NCBI GenBank assembly: GCA_023380615.1
Contig: JAMCRO010000035.1
Location: 1 to 47,403, forward strand
Reading direction: 5' to 3'
From: Candidatus Parvarchaeota archaeon
GTDB lineage: Archaea; Nanobdellota; Nanobdellia; Parvarchaeales; Parvarchaeaceae
Length of the DNA: 47,403 nt
The position numbers and the translations under genes are program-made. This document shows, in pieces, positions 38,531 to 45,979 of this stretch. Position 1 is the first letter of the stretch, and the number at the start of each line of letters is the position of its first letter. The notes beneath the pieces are model-generated. The model searched no databases, had not been told where the DNA came from, and worked only from the letters and a program-made list of their open reading frames with translations.

Positions 38531-39667
38531 TTAGATAGCAATATGCAGATAAACGGAAGCCAAATGACCCACTAAGAAAGTGACAAACGCCGCAGTAAGA
38601 CTGAGTCCTAAAGCATATAACGATGCAAGAGAGAACTTTTCATTTGAATTAAGAGCAATTATAAGCGAAGTAAGAGCAATTGCTATTGATGTTAGAATTA
38701 CAGATATCACCAAGTTATAATAGGTGTTTGATTTTATTATAGAACCTATAAGAAAACTTATTAAAGGTATTATAGCACCAAAAACGTAGAAAACGCCGAC
38801 ATACAATGCATCTTTCACTGGGTTAACTGAATCACTGTTTTGATAAATTTTGCCGTTGCCACTTATAAAATTCATAAGAGGATTTTTCCGTTCTCGCTCA
38901 AGCACTTTATAAATAGGGTCCTTCTCTTTCTTCAATTTTAAAATTAGATCCTCTAAAGACTTATCAAAATTCTTATAGTTCAAAGAATGTTTTTTAAGGT
39001 CTTCTTTCAATCTTTCTTTAGCAACCTGCAGCTCCAATTCTAAGCGATTTATACCGTCAAACTCTAAATCCTTTTCTGACTTTGATGAAAGATAAGGACC
39101 CTATTTAATGGAGATAGTACCTGACAAGCCTACTATGGTACCGGCGACTGCTATAAGGAGATTGTCATGTATGGCTCCTGTAAATCCTGCAACTGCCGCT
39201 AAAACCTCAACTAAACCGTCATTCATGCCAAAAACGACATCTCTTATATGGGATAAAACACCACTTTCCCAGGATTCTTTTTTAAGAATCCTTTCCTGGT
39301 ATAACTCCTCAACTAAGTAATTTACTACCTTCTCTCTCTGTTTATCAGGTATAACATCAAAAATTTTTGACAAATCAGAAACTTTTCTATTTTCCAGTGA
39401 ATTGATTACGCTTAATGTAAGACCGCTCCCAAATAACCTTCTCAGCAGAATAAAAAGAAAAAGTTCAATTTTATTTCCATTTTCCTTCATAGGTATATTT
39501 AATTCAGCATATATTTCAGTCCATACTTTAATGTGCTTTAGATCAAGTTCTTTAAGTTCTTTAAGCTTCTTTTTCAACTGCTTGTTTCTTTCTATTCTTT
39601 CCAGTCTTGAATATAATTCATAAGATAACTTTTCAGAGTTCAAAACCTTTTTTATTTCGTCCGACAT
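38531..39667 (-). pseudogene. ferritin-like + VIT1/CCC1 Fe/Mn transporter interrupted by an in-frame TAG at 39101-39103
   Basis: ORFs 39101..39667 and 38531..39037 share one frame and read RDVVFGMNDGLVE...GTISIK*GPYLSSKSE...GAIIPL. N-terminal E..SYELY..L...E..H ferritin-like helices. Confidence 0.85.
38910..39107. repeat. 26-bp imperfect inverted repeat (14-bp perfect core)
   Basis: 38910-38935 TAAATAGGGTCCTTCTCTTTCTTCAA versus reverse complement of 39082-39107 TAAATAGGGTCCTTATCTTTCATCAA, 2 mismatches. Confidence 0.9.
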
Positions 39668-39701
39668 ACATTTAACATTTCTTAAACTTAAAACTTATAA
39701 A

Positions 39702-40037
39702 TTAACCAGTGAATGGGTGTGTTGGTTTAGACTTATCAAAAAACCCTTTGTATTTATCCCATATCTGTTGACCTGCGTCTTGTGACAAAATGTCTGTTAT
39801 TGTTTCAGGCCTCATAAAAACGCCCTGCGCTTGAACTAACCCATTGAAAAGAACTATGACAAAATCATTGTCTTTTGGATTCGCGTTTCCGATCTCGCAA
39901 GTTATTATGTTGTTGTCCCACATTTCTATGACTGCTTTGTGCTTTTTATCTAAGTTTTTAGAGTTAGTTTTATCAATAACTTTAACAACTCTTCCAAGAT
40001 GATAAAAAACTAATTCCTTTGCTTTTTTTTCTTCCAT
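39702..40037 (-). CDS. hypothetical protein (possible small OB-fold)
   Basis: Clean 111-aa ORF, beta-rich HLGRVVKV...AVIEMWD...DFVIV followed by a C-terminal helix. Confidence 0.7.
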   Translation of the reverse strand: MEEKKAKELVFYHLGRVVKVIDKTNSKNLDKKHKAVIEMWDNNIITCEIGNANPKDNDFVIVLFNGLVQAQGVFMRPETITDILSQDAGQQIWDKYKGFFDKSKPTHPFTG

Positions 40038-40082
40038 TCTAAAGGACTATAGTTATTTTAATATTAAAACGCTATTGTTTCT

Positions 40083-40463
40083 ATGGGTGCCATTCATTTT
40101 GCATTGCTTATTATATTTTGCCTTTACTTTGCAGGGGGAGTATTTTTAACCTATATTGTAAGTACTATTGTATATGTACTAATAAAGCACAGAAAAGACG
40201 GTGCACCATTACTTACTTTCTTTAACAATAAAAGAAATGCATACAGAGAAGTTTCACTGCTGTTATACACCAGCATATTAGCGGTTCCAGTCGCAGTAAT
40301 CTCTTCTTTAAGCCAGCTGGAAACATCAAACTTTGGTTATTTGCAGACTAATTTCTGGTCTATAGTCTTAGATTTCGGGGCTTATTTAATAGGCATACTA
40401 GTGGTTGGATTCGCAGGATATGCGGTACTACAATGGTATAAGAGGTTTAGGGAATTTTTATGA
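40083..40463 (+). CDS. hypothetical membrane protein (about 3 TM)
   Basis: Hydrophobic segments, ATGA overlap with the next gene. Confidence 0.7.
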   Translation: MGAIHFALLIIFCLYFAGGVFLTYIVSTIVYVLIKHRKDGAPLLTFFNNKRNAYREVSLLLYTSILAVPVAVISSLSQLETSNFGYLQTNFWSIVLDFGAYLIGILVVGFAGYAVLQWYKRFREFL

Positions 40464-40792
40464 ACAGTATAATCTATTCAATAGCGCTGCTGGTAGAAAC
40501 TATAGTAATATTGTTATTCGGACTCCGGGTATTCATTAACTTGAAAAGGAGCCCGGATATATTCTTAAGCAAAATGTATTTGGGGTATAAAGGAAAGCTA
40601 CCCTTAACATTTATTTTCCTGCTGTTAAGTGCAGTCTCTATCTTAATAGGTTTCTTGATGACAATAATAGAATTTTTAATGAACAATCAAACTCTTTTCT
40701 GGGAATACCCTACTCTAGCAGTATATTTCTTCCTTGCTTTGTTTTTTATAACATTCATACCTCTCATTAAACTCAAGAAAAACAAACTTTAA
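40460..40792 (+). CDS. hypothetical membrane protein (3 TM)
   Basis: Three hydrophobic helices and a basic C-terminus. Confidence 0.7.
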   Translation: MNSIIYSIALLVETIVILLFGLRVFINLKRSPDIFLSKMYLGYKGKLPLTFIFLLLSAVSILIGFLMTIIEFLMNNQTLFWEYPTLAVYFFLALFFITFIPLIKLKKNKL

Positions 40793-40823
40793 AATATAAA
40801 TATGATTAAAGGTATTACTAATT

Positions 40824-41141
40824 ATGGCTGGAAACTCATTCAATACGAAACACGAGAAAAGGCAAAGCAACGATATAGCTGCTGAATCAGGAAAAGAATT
40901 TGTGTTTAGATTAAAAGACGGAAAAGAAGTAGGCAGAGCCGGCACTTTAAATGGTTTTGAAGGGTTAATAAGAACGTTGCCGATAGAATCTTTGGAATTT
41001 CACAACGCTGGAAAACACTTTTCAGCATGGCTACATTACCTTAAACAAGACAGGATTGCAAATGCCTTTGATAGAATAGATTCTAAAGGCGAGAGATTAA
41101 GACACGAATTATTGGAAGCTATAAAACTTAATAAATTATAA
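40824..41141 (+). CDS. DUF5752-like protein
   Basis: F.F...G..AGTLNGF..LIRTLPIESLEFH...HFSAWL pattern. Confidence 0.7.
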   Translation: MAGNSFNTKHEKRQSNDIAAESGKEFVFRLKDGKEVGRAGTLNGFEGLIRTLPIESLEFHNAGKHFSAWLHYLKQDRIANAFDRIDSKGERLRHELLEAIKLNKL

Positions 41142-41438
41142 TTTGCAGTCTAATCCTTCATTGTATCCGTGTGGATAATCCATCATAAAAATCTTTTTAC
41201 CGTTCAATTTGCAAGTATAAACGTAAAAAGGTATAGGCCCCTTCCAGCCTTCATATTGCCTTTCGCCGATTTTTACAAACCCTTTTAATCTTAGTTTCAA
41301 CGAACTCATGTAATCTAAAGAAATATCTTCTACTGTTTTAGTTTTACGGTTATAGGCCTGCACTTTCAAGCCGTTTTTGGAAGTTTTATCCAACAGAGTC
41401 TCAAGGCCATTGTTATACCAACTTACTGCTTCGACCAT
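41136..41438 (-). CDS. hypothetical protein
   Basis: 100-aa ORF with GWKGPIPFY...DYPHGY...C motif. Confidence 0.65.
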   Translation of the reverse strand: MVEAVSWYNNGLETLLDKTSKNGLKVQAYNRKTKTVEDISLDYMSSLKLRLKGFVKIGERQYEGWKGPIPFYVYTCKLNGKKIFMMDYPHGYNEGLDCKL

Positions 41439-41487
41439 AAAGTTTCATGAAACGAGGTAGTATTTAAGCTTTTAGTTTATGCTTTTA

Positions 41488-42756
41488 TTAAGTAGTAATA
41501 TTCAACTCTTCTTTTATTATTGTCTCTGCCTTGTTTATTATAGATGGGGAGAAAGCAATGTTTAATTCCCTTGTTCTGCCATATCTGCCATGACTCTTTA
41601 TTCGGGACATTACTAAAGAATTGTAATCCATATCTGCAATTAAATCAGAAACGCGCCTAAATGTCAACTTCTTTAGCCCAAACTTTTCAGAAAGCTTGAG
41701 ATAAGCATCGTAAACCTCCCCACTATACACTCTGCCCATCCTTTTGTTCCTTGCAACTGAAATTATAGATAGAAGTATGCATTTGCTCTGCCTAGTCATT
41801 GACTTAATCATACCTTCGGTTATATTTTGTTCGAGGGCTTCTGCCGCATTATCTAGTTCATCCTCTGTTATAACTGAATTACCAAGCTGCTGTGTTCTCT
41901 CTCCTGCAACCTTTAATAGATCCAAGGCTTTTCGTATATCACCATGTTCTTGTGCAACCATTGCTGCACATTTCCTCAAAACGCCTTCACTAATTGCATT
42001 TTCATAAAAAGCTTCTTTGGAGCGATTTAACAGTATATCAAAAATCTCATTTGCATTGTATGGCTTAAAGATTATTTCAACAGGATTTAAAGAGCTTCTT
42101 ACTCTTTGATCTAGAGAAGCTTTTAAGTCTATGTTGTTTGAAATGCCGATTATAGCGATCTTTGCGTGTTTAAGGGACTCATTTAGCCTAAGAAGGCTGT
42201 ATAACACACCATCACCGGCATGCTGTATAAGTTTTTCTATCTCATCTAATATAAGGATAAGATAAGTACTTTCGGCATCTATTATTTTTATTAGCCTTTT
42301 GTACAAACTATTTACTGAAAGGCCACTCTCTGGAACATTTATGTTAAAAACAGCACATAGATTTGCTATCAACCTATACTCTGTATTGTTGTTTTCTAAC
42401 CTACAATTCATGTAAACGGGAAGCACATTTACTTTTTTCTCCTCTGCTGAGCTAGCTAATTTCTTGCCAACATACTTTGTAACTAATGATTTACCTGTTC
42501 CAGAAAACCCATAAACTAAAACATTAGAAATGCCTTCAAATAACAAACTAGGGGCCATAATTCTAGATAGTGAGGCTATCTCAGTATTTCTATGTGTTAT
42601 TTCATCGGGAATAAAGGAAGAGGATAAAACCTCTTTATTCTTAAAGATACGTTTGCTAGTAAGAAACTCATTAAATATTGCAATTGGATCTACGCTGTTT
42701 ATTTTATCGGTGTTTGTTTTCTGGAAAGGATTATTGTCAGATTGAAAAGTTTCCAT
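41488..42756 (-). CDS. cdc6: Orc1/Cdc6 replication initiator
   Basis: IFKNKEVL, Walker A GFSGTGKS, YMNC, Walker B LDEIE, RVRSSL, FKPY, HGDIRKALDLL, wHTH ending GRYGRTR. Confidence 0.97.
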   Translation of the reverse strand: METFQSDNNPFQKTNTDKINSVDPIAIFNEFLTSKRIFKNKEVLSSSFIPDEITHRNTEIASLSRIMAPSLLFEGISNVLVYGFSGTGKSLVTKYVGKKLASSAEEKKVNVLPVYMNCRLENNNTEYRLIANLCAVFNINVPESGLSVNSLYKRLIKIIDAESTYLILILDEIEKLIQHAGDGVLYSLLRLNESLKHAKIAIIGISNNIDLKASLDQRVRSSLNPVEIIFKPYNANEIFDILLNRSKEAFYENAISEGVLRKCAAMVAQEHGDIRKALDLLKVAGERTQQLGNSVITEDELDNAAEALEQNITEGMIKSMTRQSKCILLSIISVARNKRMGRVYSGEVYDAYLKLSEKFGLKKLTFRRVSDLIADMDYNSLVMSRIKSHGRYGRTRELNIAFSPSIINKAETIIKEELNITT

Positions 42757-42852
42757 ATCTTAGTAAATTATTGTGTATTTCTTTATTTAAATACTATTAG
42801 TAATTTTAGTTATATAACTTTATTTAAATAACTCTATTTAACTGATAATATA

Positions 42853-42878
42853 GAGACACCTACGTTTCTTATGGAAAC
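42853..42878 (-). repeat. ORB element (left, inverted)
   Basis: Reverse complement GTTTCCATAAGAAACGTAGGTGTCTC. Confidence 0.8.
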
Positions 42879-42961
42879 TTTATTTAAATAAATTTAGTAA
42901 TTAAATATGTTATATATTATTATATATTCTATATAGAATTATAATAAATATAATAATATGA

Positions 42962-42996
42962 CTTCCATAGGAAATATAGGTGTATTCCATGGGAAG
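42962..42996 (+). repeat. ORB element plus adjacent mini-ORB
   Basis: CTTCCATAGGAAATATAGGTGT followed by TTCCATGGGAAG. Confidence 0.78.
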
Positions 42997-43045
42997 TAAT
43001 TTCTATTAAAAGAAAGTGTTTTTACTTCGATTACAGGTCAAGTTC

Positions 43046-43070
43046 TTTCCATAGGAAATGAGGGTGTCTC
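43046..43070 (+). repeat. ORB element (right)
   Basis: TTTCCATAGGAAATGAGGGTGTCTC. Confidence 0.82.
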
Positions 43071-43165
43071 ATATAGCCATATATATTATATGTTTACTAC
43101 TTTATAACCGTAATTAAATAGAAAGGTTTAAATATTGGCGTTTTCTAAAAATCAAATTAAAAAGT

Positions 43166-45355
43166 ATGATAAATAAAAATATGAATTTGATAATTAGTTT
43201 TACAGTATTGTTTTTAGTAGTATTTATTTTATTTTTGAATTTTGGAAATAGTCATGGTCTTTCTTGTTATGATCAAAATATAACTTTAACAAATTCCTCT
43301 AACCCTATTTGTACTTATCAATGGGTAACTGTTAACAGCCCGGTTTCCTTGGTCAATGAAAGCATAATAGCAAAAGGCTTGCTCATAAATAATACACTTA
43401 GTATTACTGGAAATTCTACTCTAAATATCAGCACAATAATAAACAAAGGTAATGCTACAATAAATGCGACTTTGCTTAGCGGCAATGCTCTTGAAAATTA
43501 TGGAACATTAATGCTGGAAAAGCCCGTCTTTATTAATTTTAGCTATTTCTTAAACAATGGCACAATTATAAATAAGAATTATTTGAATAACGGAGGCTAT
43601 ACAAATGCATACATGTCTTACAACGGAAATAACTATGGTTGTGGTGGTAAAAGTTACCCTCTTTCCTATGCAGGAAGTGGTGGGGGAAGTTTGGCTACTT
43701 ACAGCGCATGTAATGGTGGAAATACCTTAGCAGAAAAAGGTTCGGGCCAAGTAACTAGTTACGTAAATAAAGTAGTGTATCCTATATCCAACAGTTCTGG
43801 CAACCATGTTTATTCCACACTTTCCAATTACTCCTTTAATTTAAGTATGTTGAACAGCGCAGGTGGAGCATCTTATAATGGTGTGAATAGCAGCTCCTTT
43901 TTCATGCGTGGCGGCAGTGGAGTATTACCTTTGGTAATAATCTCAAAAGCGTTCAACAACACTGGTAGGATCTACGATCAAGGTCAGTCTATAAATTACT
44001 CTACTATTAAAAATGCAAGTAAATTCATTGCTTTTGGAATCGTAGGAGCAGGTGGTGGGGGCTTAATTGAGGTTATTTCAGGCACATTTATTAATAAAGG
44101 CACTTTTAATGTAAGCGGCGGTAAGATTTACTTAAATAGTTCACTTTCATTGCCTTTAGATTATACCCCGGCTAATCTTGGATATGGTGGTAATGGGAAT
44201 GTTTTTCTATTTAAAGCAAACAGTAAATTGCTGTTAGATTCCATACATACTTACCAGTGGGGCCAGATACAGCAGAACTATAACCTTAACTATTCAGACA
44301 ATTCTTCCAAGAAAACACAAAACTATTCAATTATAGTCAAAGTTCAATCCCCTTCAGATTGTAGTTTAACTGGAATTTATGTGAATTTGAAAGGAAATTA
44401 TAATAACAACAGTTTTTTAGAGAGTCAACCACTTAACAATCCTACTTTTTCAATAAACAAGTCAGTTAAAAATCTATATTTATATTTATCTGGCAGCAAT
44501 CCCTTAATCCATTATTACAGTAACTTAACTGTATTTTTCAGTAATGTTTCAAACACAAGCATAGAAAGTTTAAACTTAACCAAATACCCTCTAATTAACC
44601 TCTCATTTAAAAGCAATCAAAACTTAAGTTTTAATCTGCTTAAAGAAAACAATTCTGTTTTTTCAGGAACAACTTTATCTAAACCCATTTTCTTAAAATT
44701 AGAGCAAGGGAACTACCGTTTATCGTTTGAGAATGGCTCGAATAGTTATACATATAATTTCTATGCGGCTCCCAACTGCGTAGGGTATGAAAATATTACG
44801 ATTTTTCCCGGTAAACCTTACTACTTTTATGACTCACTAAATATTTCCGCAGTACCGTTTACGATATATAAGACAGATACTATTACAAAAAACATAACTG
44901 ATTATAACAATATAAACAGCTGCAATTTCAACATTTCTGCGTTGATAAACTTGGACAAAGAAATATTGAGTAGTGTTTACTCAATGAATAATAGCATATC
45001 TGCCGTTTCAAACAACAAGGTTAACTACACAAGCATATTGAGCAAGGAAATAAACTACACAAATTACATGTTGGATGCGTACAGTAGCAAAGGCTCTCAA
45101 AATCCGCAAAAGATATATTTAAACCAGACGGGCCTGAACTTGCTGTCTTATTACAATAATGGAAATTTCACAAAGGAAGTTTTCCAAATAAACAATAATG
45201 GAACGATAAATCTAAGCTATGGGATTAACAAAAGCATGGAGATTGTGCTGACTAAACAGGCACAACAGAACTTTTTCGCATCCACGGAAAAGGACATAAT
45301 AAAAGCATTTAGTTATGTTCCTTCACTGTTTCTCGGCTTTTTAGGGGGCCTGTAA
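43166..45355 (+). CDS. large secreted/surface glycoprotein with glycine-rich domain
   Basis: N-terminal signal/TM, AGSGGGS, SAGGAS, GGSG, GAGGGG, GYGGNG motifs, very many N-x-S/T sequons, hydrophobic C-terminus. Confidence 0.75.
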   Translation: MINKNMNLIISFTVLFLVVFILFLNFGNSHGLSCYDQNITLTNSSNPICTYQWVTVNSPVSLVNESIIAKGLLINNTLSITGNSTLNISTIINKGNATINATLLSGNALENYGTLMLEKPVFINFSYFLNNGTIINKNYLNNGGYTNAYMSYNGNNYGCGGKSYPLSYAGSGGGSLATYSACNGGNTLAEKGSGQVTSYVNKVVYPISNSSGNHVYSTLSNYSFNLSMLNSAGGASYNGVNSSSFFMRGGSGVLPLVIISKAFNNTGRIYDQGQSINYSTIKNASKFIAFGIVGAGGGGLIEVISGTFINKGTFNVSGGKIYLNSSLSLPLDYTPANLGYGGNGNVFLFKANSKLLLDSIHTYQWGQIQQNYNLNYSDNSSKKTQNYSIIVKVQSPSDCSLTGIYVNLKGNYNNNSFLESQPLNNPTFSINKSVKNLYLYLSGSNPLIHYYSNLTVFFSNVSNTSIESLNLTKYPLINLSFKSNQNLSFNLLKENNSVFSGTTLSKPIFLKLEQGNYRLSFENGSNSYTYNFYAAPNCVGYENITIFPGKPYYFYDSLNISAVPFTIYKTDTITKNITDYNNINSCNFNISALINLDKEILSSVYSMNNSISAVSNNKVNYTSILSKEINYTNYMLDAYSSKGSQNPQKIYLNQTGLNLLSYYNNGNFTKEVFQINNNGTINLSYGINKSMEIVLTKQAQQNFFASTEKDIIKAFSYVPSLFLGFLGGL

Positions 45356-45972
45356 TGGAAGAAGACATAAAACAGCTTTATGATGCAGTATTGAAACTAA
45401 ATGAAAAACTTTCACAGGTGAACAGCAAGAACGATCAACTAGAATCTCTTATAAATTCAATGTCCCAGTACATTTTAGAGAAAAACGAAGGGGATATAAC
45501 AGAGCAGGAAATTGTCGTATTAGACCCTTTTAACATAGGGGGATACAAAAACGTTTCAACTGCAAACGGCAGCGTTCTAAAAGTAAGGTCAAAAGGTTTA
45601 TGTGTAAATGGGAGGCATTCTGTGGATGAAACTACTCCCGTAATCCTGTGCTCAAAATGCAATGGAATAATATGCGAAAAGCATGATACGGGCCTTAATC
45701 CGCCAATGTGCGTAAACTGCATAAAGGATCAGATAAAGGATTTGGAGCTTTTGGATATTTACATACTCAATGCTGTTAACACCGGCTTGAATTTAAATGA
45801 GCTAAGGAAAATAATAAAAGGTTCTTACAGAGAATTCAATAATTCACAGCAGAGACTAATAAAGGAAGGTTATCTCGAAAGAGACCTTCTTTTTAGAAAG
45901 ATCTTGACTACAAAAGGGGCATCGGCCCTTGCCTTAGGCAGCAAAGTATACAATCTTTCCTTTATTCAGTAA
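45355..45972 (+). CDS. coiled-coil + Zn-finger + winged-helix protein
   Basis: N-terminal heptads, C-x4-H...CSKC-x4-CEKH-x8-CVNC, C-terminal RLIKEGYLE...LTTKG. TAATG overlap with the upstream gene. Confidence 0.72.
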   Translation: MEEDIKQLYDAVLKLNEKLSQVNSKNDQLESLINSMSQYILEKNEGDITEQEIVVLDPFNIGGYKNVSTANGSVLKVRSKGLCVNGRHSVDETTPVILCSKCNGIICEKHDTGLNPPMCVNCIKDQIKDLELLDIYILNAVNTGLNLNELRKIIKGSYREFNNSQQRLIKEGYLERDLLFRKILTTKGASALALGSKVYNLSFIQ

Positions 45973-45979
45973 TGTACAA

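Larger units (their letters stand above)
42781..43070. other. oriC: putative replication origin (oriC): ORB elements flanking an AT-rich unwinding element
   Basis: 410-bp intergenic gap upstream of cdc6. Three long related motifs (one inverted) and a mini-motif flank an about 80-bp almost pure A/T tract (42879-42960). Confidence 0.85.

Noticed and set aside
38531..39037. Stand-alone 168-aa membrane protein
   Set aside because: It is the in-frame C-terminal half of the VIT1 gene; the TTG start is an internal Leu codon.
39101..39103. Pyrrolysine or genome-wide TAG recoding
   Set aside because: TAG ends other genes normally here (rps27e, sdhC), no pyl genes are in the window, and neighbouring codons are also corrupted, which the inverted repeat explains better.
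42853..43070. CRISPR array or transposon terminal inverted repeats
   Set aside because: The copies are degenerate, irregularly spaced and of mixed orientation, with no transposase or target-site duplication; the position next to cdc6 fits ORBs.
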